Source: an uncultured delta proteobacterium
GTDB taxonomy: Bacteria > Desulfobacterota > Binatia > Binatales > Binataceae
Direction: 5' to 3'
Assembly: GCA_963711565.1 (NCBI GenBank)
Contig: CAVQEQ010000001.1
Coordinates: 1,056,001-1,120,000, forward strand
Length of the DNA stretch: 64,000 nucleotides
The position numbers were made by a program, and so were the translations under genes. A model generated the notes under the pieces. The model was given only the letters and a program-made list of their open reading frames with translations, was not told the DNA's origin and did not search any database. This document shows, in pieces, positions 48,521 to 57,706 of the stretch (the first letter of the stretch is position 1; each line of letters opens with the position of its first letter).

Positions 48521-48773
48521 TTCTCGGATCGTCGTCGCGCACGCATAGCGAGTACGCGTAGCGCGCATTGTAGAGGTTCTTGCTGTCGGCCTTTTCCGCT
48601 TCGATCACTGTCGCGCGATAGCTTTCGCATCCCTGCTGCGTCGTGAACCTGTCCATATGCTCCCACTCCGAGAGCGGCGTCTCGCGCTGCAAGCCCCGCC
48701 GCGCACAATCGATCGACGGCGCGATGAGGATCCATCCGGCGAACACGGCCGCCGCAAGATGCCCGAACCTCAT
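48507..48773 (-). CDS. Small exported Cys-containing hypothetical protein
   Basis: MRFGHLAAAVFAGWILIAP leader; PLSEW...F...GC...LCVRDDDPRIK. Confidence 0.65.
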   Translation of the reverse strand: MRFGHLAAAVFAGWILIAPSIDCARRGLQRETPLSEWEHMDRFTTQQGCESYRATVIEAEKADSKNLYNARYAYSLCVRDDDPRIKGE

Positions 48774-48975
48774 AAGATCGGTTATCTCGATATTCCCGCC
48801 GGCCCGCAAGAGAACTGCCTCTCATGACAGGAAAGCAACGATAGTAGGACGAAATTTATTTCGTCGATTGTATTTTTCGCTTTGTGACGGGGCTGACGGA
48901 ATAAATTCCGTCCTACTCCCAGGGAAGCGTGAAACCCACGGCGGGTTTCACATACAATCAAATTTCTTTCTCACG

Positions 48976-50382
48976 ATGTACCTCGCCGACACCATCGTTG
49001 CGCCTGCTACTGCGCCGGGAATCGGCGCTGTCGCGATTGTGCGGCTGTCAGGGCCGCGCGCATTCGAGATCCTCGACGCGATCTTTCGCCCAGTGGGGCG
49101 GGCCGCCGTGCCCGCCATTGTCGAACTCAGGCCGCGGATGATGCGGCTGGGCGATGTCGTCGATCCCGTATCCGGCGCGTGCATCGATCGCGCGCTCGCG
49201 GTCGTTATGCCTCATCCCGCGAGTCTCACGGGCGAGGACGTCGCCGAGATACAATGTCACGGCGGTCCGTTCATCGTCCGGCGCATCGTGGCGCTGGCGC
49301 TGGATGCGGGCGCGCGCATCGCGGAGCCGGGCGAATTCACGCGGCGCGCATTTCTGAACGGCCGGATGGATTTAGCCGAGGCAGAGGCGGTCGCCGATAT
49401 CGTCGCAGCGCGCAGCGATTCCGCACTGGCGAATGCGTTGGCGCAACTTTCCGGCGCGCTTTCCGCACGCGTGGCAGAATTGCGCGCCCAGGTCGTTGCG
49501 ATTCGGGCGCATCTCGAAGTCGAGATCGATTTCTCCGACGAGGATATCCGGCTGCCGTCGAGGCGCGAGGTCGCCGCGGAGATCGAACGGCTGATCGCCG
49601 GCGTCGCAGTTCTGCACGACAGCTTCGCGCGCGGCATACTAATGCGCGAGGGCGTCCGCGCGACGATCGTCGGCAAGCCCAACGCCGGCAAGTCGAGTCT
49701 TCTAAATTTACTACTGGGCGCCGATCGCGCCATCGTCACTCCTGTCGCGGGTACGACGCGCGACGTGATTGAGGACTCGGTCCAGCTCGGGCCGTACTCA
49801 CTAGTGCTCAACGATACGGCGGGTGTCCGCGAGTCGGCGGACGCCGTGGAGAGAATCGGCATCGAGCGCACGATACGATCGGCGCGTGATGCGGACCTGC
49901 TGATCGCGATGTTCGATTCGTCGCGCCCGCTCGAGGCCGCGGACGAGGAGGTGATTCGCCTGACGGATAACCGCCCGGGATTGGCGATACTGAACAAACG
50001 CGATCTGCCCGCGGCTATCTCAGCGGCAGAACTTCGTGAGCGCGGGTTGTGTCTGCCGATCTTGCCGTTCTCGGCGATTAATCTCGACGAAAGCGCGACC
50101 CTGCGCGGCGAGCTGACCAAAGTGATCGGCGCCCTCATCGACCCATCCGCACGTTTATCCAACGATCAAATCGCGATCTCGCGCGAGCGTCATCGCGACG
50201 CGCTCGCGACGGCGCTCGCGGCGCTCAAGAATGCGCGCGCGTCGGCGCTGTCGCTGATGCCGCCGGAGATCGTCGCGGTCGATATCATGGCAGCGGCCGC
50301 CGCGCTCGGCGCGATCACCGGCGAAGTCAGCGGCGAGGACGTCCTCGACGCAATCTTCCGGGATTTCTGCATCGGGAAGTGA
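48976..50382 (+). CDS. mnmE: tRNA modification GTPase MnmE (TrmE)
   Basis: DTIVAPAT, SLTGEDVAEIQCHGG, GEFTRRAFLNG, GKPNAGKSS, GTTRD, FCIGK; start reassigned to ATG 48976. Confidence 0.97.
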   Translation: MYLADTIVAPATAPGIGAVAIVRLSGPRAFEILDAIFRPVGRAAVPAIVELRPRMMRLGDVVDPVSGACIDRALAVVMPHPASLTGEDVAEIQCHGGPFIVRRIVALALDAGARIAEPGEFTRRAFLNGRMDLAEAEAVADIVAARSDSALANALAQLSGALSARVAELRAQVVAIRAHLEVEIDFSDEDIRLPSRREVAAEIERLIAGVAVLHDSFARGILMREGVRATIVGKPNAGKSSLLNLLLGADRAIVTPVAGTTRDVIEDSVQLGPYSLVLNDTAGVRESADAVERIGIERTIRSARDADLLIAMFDSSRPLEAADEEVIRLTDNRPGLAILNKRDLPAAISAAELRERGLCLPILPFSAINLDESATLRGELTKVIGALIDPSARLSNDQIAISRERHRDALATALAALKNARASALSLMPPEIVAVDIMAAAAALGAITGEVSGEDVLDAIFRDFCIGK

Positions 50383-50398
50383 GAGTGCGCGGCAAAAG

Positions 50399-50671
50399 AA
50401 CCTAACCCCTAACCCCTTCCCGAGCGGGAAGGGGAACCGGATTTAAGAAGAAGTCCGCATTCAGCTCGATCCATGCGCCCTCACCCGCGCCGTTGGCGCG
50501 CCCTCTCCCGAAGGGAGAGGTAAATCCCGCCACCTCCTCCCAACCATGAGAGCGAAATGGTGTCCTCGCCATTTCGCGATTTCCTGTAACTGGGTGCAGG
50601 GGTCACCCCTGCCGAAGGAGGTGCGGAACCCACGGTGGGTTCCGCATTAGACAAAGTGATTTCCCCTTCCC
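50399..50671. repeat. Cluster of two composite repeat units between convergent mnmE and parB
   Basis: 50399-50523 matches the reverse complement of 36186-36309; about 50547-50671 matches the reverse complement of about 60096-60221. Confidence 0.85.
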
Positions 50672-51586
50672 CTAAGCGCGCATCGACGCGCGCGTATTCC
50701 CGAGCAGTATCTCCGCGACCGCCGTCAGATCGTTATCATCGTAGTAATCGATTTCGATCCTCCCCGGATTTCGTCCGCGCCGCTTGAAAATTCTGACCTT
50801 GCGCTTGAGCGCGCGCTGCAGACCCTCGGCGAGTGCGTTCAGATTGGCGTCGGCGGCTGCTCGCGATACGGCCGTTTTAGTATTGCGCGGGCGATTCGCC
50901 GTCACCATTTCTTCGGCGCCGCGCGCCGAGATTCCGACCGCCGCGATTCGCCGCGCCGCCGACAGCTGCGCCTCCGTCGATTCGATCGACAGCAGCGGCC
51001 GCGCCTGGCCGGCGTTGAGTTCTCCCTTCGCGATCATATTCAGAATCGGCTGCGGCAGTTCGAGCAATCGAATCGAGTTGCCGACGTACGGGCGGCTCTT
51101 CCCGACGCGCGCGGCTATCTGGTCGTGGGTGAGCCCAAAATGGTCGAACAGGCGGAAAAACGCCAGCCCTTCTTCGACCGCGTTCAAATCTTCGCGCACG
51201 ATATTCTCGACCAGCGACATCTCGAGCGCAGCGCGATCGTCGAGCTCGCGCACGACTACGGGCACCGTTTCGAGACCCGCCGCGCGCGCCGCCCGCAGCC
51301 GCCGCTCGCCCGCGATCAGCTCGTAGCGCGGCCCGTCGCTTTCGGGCGCGTCGATTCGCCGCACGATCAGCGGCTCGATAATCCCCTGGCTCTGGATCGC
51401 GAGAGTGAGTTCGGCCAGCCGTTCCTTGTCGAAATTTATTCGCGGCTGAAACTCACCCGGCGCGATACTCCCGATCGGCGCCATCTTGAATTGCCCGCCG
51501 CCGCTATCCTCGGCGCCGGTTTCGATCTCGGCGGCCGCATTGCCGATCAGCGCATCCAGCCCGCGCCCCAATGGTTTCCGCATCAT
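50672..51586 (-). CDS. parB: Chromosome partitioning protein ParB
   Basis: LGRGLDALI, QPR, IIEPLIVR, LIAGERRLRA, VENIVREDLN, GKSRPYVGN. Confidence 0.97.
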   Translation of the reverse strand: MMRKPLGRGLDALIGNAAAEIETGAEDSGGGQFKMAPIGSIAPGEFQPRINFDKERLAELTLAIQSQGIIEPLIVRRIDAPESDGPRYELIAGERRLRAARAAGLETVPVVVRELDDRAALEMSLVENIVREDLNAVEEGLAFFRLFDHFGLTHDQIAARVGKSRPYVGNSIRLLELPQPILNMIAKGELNAGQARPLLSIESTEAQLSAARRIAAVGISARGAEEMVTANRPRNTKTAVSRAAADANLNALAEGLQRALKRKVRIFKRRGRNPGRIEIDYYDDNDLTAVAEILLGNTRASMRA

Positions 51587-51626
51587 CGTAGTAGTCCTCT
51601 AATTTCTTTCAGGTTCCGAAAAAATC

Positions 51627-51981
51627 CTAACCTCTCCTTGTCCGAGGAGAGGTCGGCGAAAGCCGCGCAGCGGTGTCGCCGGGTGAGGTGCAACGCCCGA
51701 CAGCGCACCTGCCTCGACTCGTTTAATCACAATTCATAGACACTGGTCCGCCGCCGGACACCAGCATCACTTTCTGACGTGCTGCACCAGGCAAACCGGC
51801 TTGTATGCTACGGCCGGCGTTGCACCTCTCCCGTCGCTCACCTTCGGCACGCGCCGACCTCTCCTCGGACAAGGAGAGGTAGGAGTCGGGATTCTTCGCT
51901 TCGCTCTGAATGACACAAAAACACCGGGTGCAGGGGTCACCCCTGCCCAAGGAGGTGCGGAACCCACGGTGGGTTCCGCCT
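51627..51981. repeat. Inverted family B pair plus C + D composite inserted between parA and parB
   Basis: CCTCTCCTTGTCCGAGGAGAGGTCGGCG...TGCAACGCC (51627-51698) inverted at 51816-51882, then GGGATTCTTCGCTTCGCTCTGAATGACAC...GGGTTCCGC. Confidence 0.85.
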
Positions 51982-52779
51982 TCAATTAATTCTCCCATCC
52001 CCTGCCTCCCCACGCGCGACGATCTCCGCCGCGAGCGCGCGATAGCCCTCCGCCCCTGCCGACTTCGGGCCGTATTCGAGCACGGACAGGCCATGGCTCG
52101 GGCTCTCGGACATCCGCACGCTGCGTGGAATCACGCTGCGAAAAACTTTTTCCGGAAAATGCCGTCGTACCTCATCTGAAATCTCGTGACTCAGCCGATT
52201 TCGCGAGTCGAACATCGTGAGCACCAGCCCTTCCAGCTCGAGTCCCGGCCTCAGCGCCGCCTTAACCTTGTTGATCGTGCCGAGCAACGAGTTCAGCCCT
52301 TCGAGTGCGTAGTACTCGCATTGCATCGGCACGAGCACACTGTCCGCCGCGACGAGCGCATTGAGGGTAAGAATTCCAAGCGACGGCGGAGTATCAATTA
52401 GAACATAGTTATATTCTACTCTGATTGGCTCCAGGAGCGCTCGCAACCGTCGCTCGCGACCCTCCATCGTGACCAGCTCGATCTCGGCGCCGACCAAGTC
52501 ATCGCCCGCCGGCGCAAGCGACAACATCGGCCGCACCTGCCTTAGAATTTCCGCGATCGCCAGCCCGCCGACGAGCGCTTGGTAGATAGTCTTGCCCTCG
52601 CGACGAGCGGCGGCGAAGTCTTCAGGCGTGCTGATCCCCGAGGTCGCATTGCCCTGGGGGTCGAGGTCGACGAGCAGGACGCGCCGCCCTGTATCGGCCA
52701 ACGCGACCGCAAGATTAATCGCCGTCGTAGTCTTGCCGACGCCGCCCTTCTGATTAGCTATTGCGATTACCCGCCCCAC
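51982..52779 (-). CDS. parA: Chromosome partitioning ATPase ParA (Soj)
   Basis: NQKGGVGKTT, DLDPQGNAT, IDTPPSLG, QCEYYALEG, ESPSHG; start approximate (GTG). Confidence 0.97.
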   Translation of the reverse strand: MGRVIAIANQKGGVGKTTTAINLAVALADTGRRVLLVDLDPQGNATSGISTPEDFAAARREGKTIYQALVGGLAIAEILRQVRPMLSLAPAGDDLVGAEIELVTMEGRERRLRALLEPIRVEYNYVLIDTPPSLGILTLNALVAADSVLVPMQCEYYALEGLNSLLGTINKVKAALRPGLELEGLVLTMFDSRNRLSHEISDEVRRHFPEKVFRSVIPRSVRMSESPSHGLSVLEYGPKSAGAEGYRALAAEIVARGEAGDGRIN

Positions 52780-52945
52780 GACCACCCCGCGGGGATTGCC
52801 CCCGCACCACGCAAATGAAAGAACCCAGCCCCGAACCGCACCCGTGAAACGTCGCAAGCTCATTAAATCCCCGTGATCGCAAAAGGTCAAATCGCGCGAT
52901 CAGATTTGCACAACTAGCTGAATTTGAAAGATTTTTTAGCGGAAA

Positions 52946-52961
52946 CGTTTCACGTGAAACG
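52946..52961. promoter_or_regulatory. parS site 1
   Basis: Perfect palindrome CGTTTCACGTGAAACG matching the parS consensus. Confidence 0.93.
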
Positions 52962-52995
52962 TTCGATCAAACCGAAAACGTGGTACGTCCCATTC

Positions 52996-53052
52996 ACCGG
53001 GTGCAGGGGTCACCCCTGCCCAAGGAGGTGTGGAACCCAGGAGGGGTTCCAC
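52996..53052. repeat. Family D repeat
   Basis: GGGTGCAGGGGTCACCCCTGCCCAAGGAGGTGTGGAACCC..GGGTTCCAC; related copies near 37465, 48921, 50590, 51925, 53935, 55898, 56430, 60120. Confidence 0.85.
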
Positions 53053-53060
53053 GTCTGACC

Positions 53061-53777
53061 TTATCTGCGCGTCCAGGTCGCGACCGCGCGATGGAATACG
53101 TCGCGGCCGTGCCGCAAATCATAGACGGACCGGACCCCGTCGAAGAGGCCCGCCTTATGCGCAGCCGCCTCGGTGGCCTCGTCGAACTTCTGATCCGCGC
53201 TGACGTAGAGCATGATTACGCCGCCGTCGCGACGGAGCCCTCGACCCGCGATCTCAAACAGCGCGCCCGGGTCCCCGACCGCCCGCGACGTGATCAGGTC
53301 GTACTCCTCGTGCAATTCGAGCGACTCCGCCCGCATGCACTCGACGCGCACGTTCTTCAGCCCCATCTCAACCGCCGCCTCGTTGAGGAACGTCGCCCGT
53401 TTGCGCCGCGCCTCGACCAGCGTCACGCTCGCGTTGATCGCGGCCGCGATCACGAGCCCGGGAAATCCCGCGCCGCTGCCGACATCCAACATCCGATGGG
53501 TCCGCGCCATCCTCAGAATCTTCGCGCTGGCCGCGATCGAGACCGGGATAATACTGTCGAAGACGTGAAAGACGATCTCGTCGGGGTCCCGCGGATGCGC
53601 CGTCAGGTTTATCTTCGGCCCCCACACCGCGAGCATCGCCGCCATCCTCTCTATCCGGCCAAGGAACTCATGCGTATTGGCGACGACCCCAAGCGGCGCG
53701 ATCGCCGGCGCAAGCTGCTCCCGCACCTCCGCTGCAATCTGCTCCGGCGTCAGAACTCTCTTCCGGGGCACCGCCAT
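53061..53777 (-). CDS. rsmG: 16S rRNA m7G527 methyltransferase RsmG (GidB)
   Basis: KINLTA, HVFDS, LDVGSGAGFPG, RAE, ITSRAV; alternative GTG start at 53822. Confidence 0.95.
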   Translation of the reverse strand: MAVPRKRVLTPEQIAAEVREQLAPAIAPLGVVANTHEFLGRIERMAAMLAVWGPKINLTAHPRDPDEIVFHVFDSIIPVSIAASAKILRMARTHRMLDVGSGAGFPGLVIAAAINASVTLVEARRKRATFLNEAAVEMGLKNVRVECMRAESLELHEEYDLITSRAVGDPGALFEIAGRGLRRDGGVIMLYVSADQKFDEATEAAAHKAGLFDGVRSVYDLRHGRDVFHRAVATWTRR

Positions 53778-53814
53778 GACCGTCCGCTTCTTCGGCGCCT
53801 TCGCCTTCGTCTTA

Positions 53815-53830
53815 CGTTTCACGTGAAACG
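53815..53830. promoter_or_regulatory. parS site 2
   Basis: CGTTTCACGTGAAACG. Confidence 0.93.
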
Positions 53831-53880
53831 TTAACCTCAAAAAGTTAAGTACCTGATTTCATTGAGTAATCATTGCAAAA

Positions 53881-53896
53881 CGTTTCACGTGAAACG
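53881..53896. promoter_or_regulatory. parS site 3
   Basis: CGTTTCACGTGAAACG. Confidence 0.93.
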
Positions 53897-53947
53897 TTAC
53901 CAAAGATCTGATCGGAGGGACGTTTTCCGTTTCACTGGGTGCAGGGG

Positions 53948-55804
53948 TCACCCCTGCCTCTTGATATGGACCGCCAGGATCGAGATCGCCGCCGGCGTGA
54001 TTCCCGGCATCCGCGCCGCCTGCCCCAGCGATCGCGGCCGCACCGCCGTCAGCCGCTCCGAGACCTCCGTCGACAGCCCCATCACGCCCTTGAAATCCAC
54101 CCAGTCCGGTATCGTTGTATCCTCAAGCCGCGCGAACCGCTCGACTGCCTCCGCCTGCCGCCGCACGTAGCCCTCATATTTAATTTCGGTCTCGAGCTCC
54201 GCCGCTTCGTCGAGCTTCAGCATCGATGCGACCCCGCTCATCTTGATTAGCGCTTCGTAGCCGATCTCCGGCCGCTTGAGCAGCTCGATCGCGCGCACTG
54301 GCTGCGCGATCGGCGTCGATCCATGCGCCTCGATCGCCGCATTGACCTCGTCCGACGCCGGTATCAGCGCGCTCCTGAGCCGCTCGATCTCGGCGCGCAC
54401 CGCTTCTGTCTTGGCGCGGACGCGCGCGCCCGCCGACGCGTCGAGCAATCCCAGCGCCTCGCCAATCGACGACAGCCGCCGGTCAGCATTGTCCTCGCGG
54501 AGCAGCAGCCGGTACTCGGCCCGCGACGTAAACATCCGGTACGGCTCGCCGCCAATCCCGCGCGTCACCAGGTCGTCGATCATCACGCCGATATAAGCCT
54601 GGTCGCGCCGCAGGATCAGCGCCGGCTCGCCGCGGACTTTCAGCGCCGCGTTGATTCCCGCGATCAGCCCCTGCGCGCCCGCCTCCTCATACCCGGTCGT
54701 CCCGTTGATCTGGCCCGCGAAGAAGAGCCCGCGCACCAGCCTGGTTTCGAGCGACGAGGTCAACTGCGTCGGGTCCGAAAAATCGTACTCGATCGCGTAG
54801 CCCGGCCGCATTATCTCGGCGTGCTCGAGCCCCGCGATCGACCGCACCATCGCGAGCTGCACGTCGAGCGGCAGGCTCGTCAACAGTCCGTTGGGATAAA
54901 CCTCGACAGTGTCGCGGCCCTCGGGCTCGAGAAAAATCTGATGCCGCTCCTTATCCCGGAAGCGCATCACCTTGTCCTCGACCGACGGGCAATAGCGCGG
55001 CCCCTTGCTCTGAATCACGCCGGAATACATCGGCGATCGGTCGATCCCGCCGCGGATAATCTCATGCGTGCGCGAGTTGGTGAACGTCAGATGGCAGGGA
55101 ATCTGCTCCTGCGCAATCCGCTCCGTCCGGAACGAGAACGGCGGCGGCGGCTCGTCGCCCGGCTGAATCTCCAACGCCGAGTAGTCGATCGTGCGCCCAT
55201 CGAGGCGCGGGCACGTCCCCGTCTTCAGCCGCCCGATTCGAAAACCAAGCTGCGCCAGATGCTCACTGAGACCCATCGCGGCGAAATCGCCGGCGCGCCC
55301 CGCCGAATAATTCTGCAACCCAATATGGACGAGCCCCTTCAGGAACGTGCCGGTCGTGAGAATCACCGCCGGCGCCTCGAACACTTCACCTATCTGCGAC
55401 TCGACCCCGCGGATCGCGCCGTCCTCGACGATCAGCCGTTCGATGCTCGCCTGCCGCACCTGGAGATTCGCCGTGCGCTCGAGCACGCGCTTGCTGCGCG
55501 CGCGATACGCGGCCTTGTCGGCCTGCGCCCGTCGCGCACGCACGGCAGGACCCTTGCGCGTGTTGAGAAATCGAAACTGGATTCCGGTCTCGTCAGTCGC
55601 CAGCCCCATCTCGCCGCCGAGCGCGTCGATCTCGCGCACCAGGTGGCCCTTGCCTATACCGCCGATCGCCGGGTTGCACGACATCTGCCCGATATGGTCG
55701 AGGTTAAGCGTGAGCATCAGCGTGCTCGCACCCATCCTTGCGGCGGCCAGCGCAGCTTCGATCCCGGCGTGCCCGGCGCCGACGATAATCACGTCATAGT
55801 TCAT
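53948..55804 (-). CDS. mnmG: tRNA uridine modification enzyme MnmG (GidA)
   Basis: GAGHAGIEAA, MSCNPAIGGIGKG, GPRYCPS, AGQINGTTGYEEA, EPYRMFTSRAEYRL; start ATG 55804. Confidence 0.98.
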   Translation of the reverse strand: MNYDVIIVGAGHAGIEAALAAARMGASTLMLTLNLDHIGQMSCNPAIGGIGKGHLVREIDALGGEMGLATDETGIQFRFLNTRKGPAVRARRAQADKAAYRARSKRVLERTANLQVRQASIERLIVEDGAIRGVESQIGEVFEAPAVILTTGTFLKGLVHIGLQNYSAGRAGDFAAMGLSEHLAQLGFRIGRLKTGTCPRLDGRTIDYSALEIQPGDEPPPPFSFRTERIAQEQIPCHLTFTNSRTHEIIRGGIDRSPMYSGVIQSKGPRYCPSVEDKVMRFRDKERHQIFLEPEGRDTVEVYPNGLLTSLPLDVQLAMVRSIAGLEHAEIMRPGYAIEYDFSDPTQLTSSLETRLVRGLFFAGQINGTTGYEEAGAQGLIAGINAALKVRGEPALILRRDQAYIGVMIDDLVTRGIGGEPYRMFTSRAEYRLLLREDNADRRLSSIGEALGLLDASAGARVRAKTEAVRAEIERLRSALIPASDEVNAAIEAHGSTPIAQPVRAIELLKRPEIGYEALIKMSGVASMLKLDEAAELETEIKYEGYVRRQAEAVERFARLEDTTIPDWVDFKGVMGLSTEVSERLTAVRPRSLGQAARMPGITPAAISILAVHIKRQG

Positions 55805-55897
55805 GGCGAAGCAGCGATTATGGCCCGCGCCGGGCGATCGCGCAAAGAGCCGGTCACCACCAATCGTTAAGATTTCCCAACTACAGTAGGAGACAAA

Positions 55898-55961
55898 ATT
55901 GTATGTGAAACCCGCGATGGGTTTCACGCTTCCTTGGGCAGGGGTGACCCCTGCACCCGGT
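55898..55961. repeat. Family D repeat (reverse orientation)
   Basis: GTGAAACCCGCGATGGGTTTCACGCTTCCTTGGGCAGGGGTGACCCCTGCACCC. Confidence 0.85.
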
Positions 55962-56081
55962 ATCAATCGCAAAGTTGCGCGCAGCGCGCTACTTTGCTCT
56001 CGGTCCTATGGATCAAAAACCCAGTTCCTCTTCCCGCGCGCGAAGAGCCTGCTCTAAGCGAAGTATCTAAAGGGTCGAATC

Positions 56082-56423
56082 GTGATCTTTCATATCGTCA
56101 AGCGGGGTGAGTGGGCGATAGCTATCGAGCGCGGGAGTTATGCGCCCGAGAGTTTGCGCGCCGACGGGTTTATACATTGCTCAACCGCCGCGCAGGTCAT
56201 TGATACTGCTAACCGGTTTTATCGCGGGCAGCGGGACCTGGTCGTCTTGCAGATAGATGAGGCGCGGCTCAAGGCGAAATTGAAGTTCGAGGCGCCGTCG
56301 GGTGTGCATGGTGAAGTGGCGGGTGAGTTGTTTCCTCATTTGTATGGTGAGTTGAACGTCGATGCAGTCGTGAGGGTGGTTGAGTTGCCGTGCGCGGCGG
56401 ATGGGTCGTTTCAGCAGAGGTGA
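56082..56423 (+). CDS. DUF952 family protein
   Basis: IFHI, DGFIHCST, ANRFY, FPHLYGELN. Confidence 0.9.
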   Translation: MIFHIVKRGEWAIAIERGSYAPESLRADGFIHCSTAAQVIDTANRFYRGQRDLVVLQIDEARLKAKLKFEAPSGVHGEVAGELFPHLYGELNVDAVVRVVELPCAADGSFQQR

Positions 56424-56475
56424 CCTCCTTCGGCCTCGCTCAGGACAGGCTCTGCACCCAGTGTTAAGAAAAATC

Positions 56476-57510
56476 ATGAGAAATTTTCTTCGAGTTTCTG
56501 TTGTTGCGATCGTAGTCATCGTGGCGGCTGGAGCAGCGATTGCGGCGGAGGCGGTTGCTTACCGGATGGCGGCGACGCTTCATGTCGGAGGCGACGGCGG
56601 ATGGGATTACGTGACACTCAAACCCGACGGGCGAGTGCTCTATATCACCCGCACGACGCATACGATGGTACTCGACGTGGCGTCGGGCAAGCTGCTGGGG
56701 GACATAGGCGGCCAGGTTAGTGCGCATGGCGTGGCGCTGGTGCCGGATGCAGGGCGTGGATTTATCAGCGACGGCGGCAGCGGCTCGGTACAGATTTTCG
56801 ATCTGCGAAGCCACGCGACACTCGGCAAGGTCGCGGCGGCGGCGGACGCCGACGGAATTATCTACGATCACGCGAGTAACCGGGTGCTCGTGATGTGCGG
56901 CCGCGCGCATCGGATGGTCGCGATCGCGCCCGATGTGAATCCTGCGGGCGGCACGGCGGCGGCGACGGTCGATCTCGGCGGATCGCCGGAGTTCGCGGTC
57001 GCCGACGAGAAGGGGAAGGTCTTCGTCAATATCGCGGACAGGGACGAGGTGGCGGTGGTCGATACGAAGCAGATGAAGGTGGTCGCGCGATGGCCGACCG
57101 GGCCGGGGATGCGGCCGACGGGGATTTCGATGGATCGGGCGACGCGGCGCCTGTTTATCGGATGTCGAAATAACAAGCTGGTCGTGATGAATGCCGACGA
57201 CGGCAGGATCGTGGCGGATTTTCCGATCGGCGCGTACGTCGATGCGACTGCGTTCCGCGGCGGGCTCGCGTTCGCAAGCTGCGGCGACGGGACGTTGACG
57301 ATTATCCGCGAAGTGTCGCCGGCCAAGTTCGAACTCGCGCAGGTGCTGAAGACCGAGTTGGGCGCGCGGACGATGGCGGTCGATACCGTCGGCGAGATGA
57401 TTTATCTGCCGACGGCGGATTTGACGTTTCCGGCGGGCAGCAGCAGTCCGGCACATCCGCGGCCCGTGCCCGTGCCGGGGACGTTCAGGATATTGGTGGT
57501 GATGGAATAG
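56476..57510 (+). CDS. YncE-family exported beta-propeller protein
   Basis: Signal peptide, GGDGGWDY, HGVAL, LGGSPEFAV, GARTMAVD, VPGTF. Confidence 0.88.
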   Translation: MRNFLRVSVVAIVVIVAAGAAIAAEAVAYRMAATLHVGGDGGWDYVTLKPDGRVLYITRTTHTMVLDVASGKLLGDIGGQVSAHGVALVPDAGRGFISDGGSGSVQIFDLRSHATLGKVAAAADADGIIYDHASNRVLVMCGRAHRMVAIAPDVNPAGGTAAATVDLGGSPEFAVADEKGKVFVNIADRDEVAVVDTKQMKVVARWPTGPGMRPTGISMDRATRRLFIGCRNNKLVVMNADDGRIVADFPIGAYVDATAFRGGLAFASCGDGTLTIIREVSPAKFELAQVLKTELGARTMAVDTVGEMIYLPTADLTFPAGSSSPAHPRPVPVPGTFRILVVME

Positions 57511-57512
57511 CC

Positions 57513-57667
57513 TCTGGTTCCCTCGCCCCACGAGGGGAGAGGGTTAGGGTGAGGGACAATTGTGCGGCGCAATTGTCTGTCGCGCCGCACACTCTGGAAT
57601 CCGGAACATTTGGTCCCTCACCCGCCGCGCGTGGGCGCGCGTCGGCCTCTCCCCTCGTGGGGCGAGG
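57513..57667. mobile_element. Gene-less derivative of the DUF559 cassette (MITE/REPIN-like)
   Basis: Left ~75 bp aligns with 32445-32519 including TGTCTGTCGCGCCGCA; perfect 22-bp inverted repeat at 57521-57542 / 57646-57667. Confidence 0.7.
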
Positions 57668-57706
57668 CAAAGATTTCGCTTCGCTCAGGACGCCATACGA
57701 TTTTGA

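Noticed and set aside
48929-48951. GTGAAAC...GTTTCAC in family D repeats as extra parS sites
   Set aside because: Half-sites are in swapped order with a 9-bp spacer and vary to GCGGAAC/GTTCCGC in other copies
48643-48975. N-terminal extension of the mnmE ORF, and likewise of mnmG (55805-55972) and the YncE-like gene (56380-56475)
   Set aside because: Runs through repeats or a divergent gene; family-typical starts lie downstream
51723-52179. Small ORFs between parA and parB, and at 24561, 43124, 60117 and 62803
   Set aside because: Translations of palindromic repeats (ILRFALND, RAKRRIP, GVTPA), not genes
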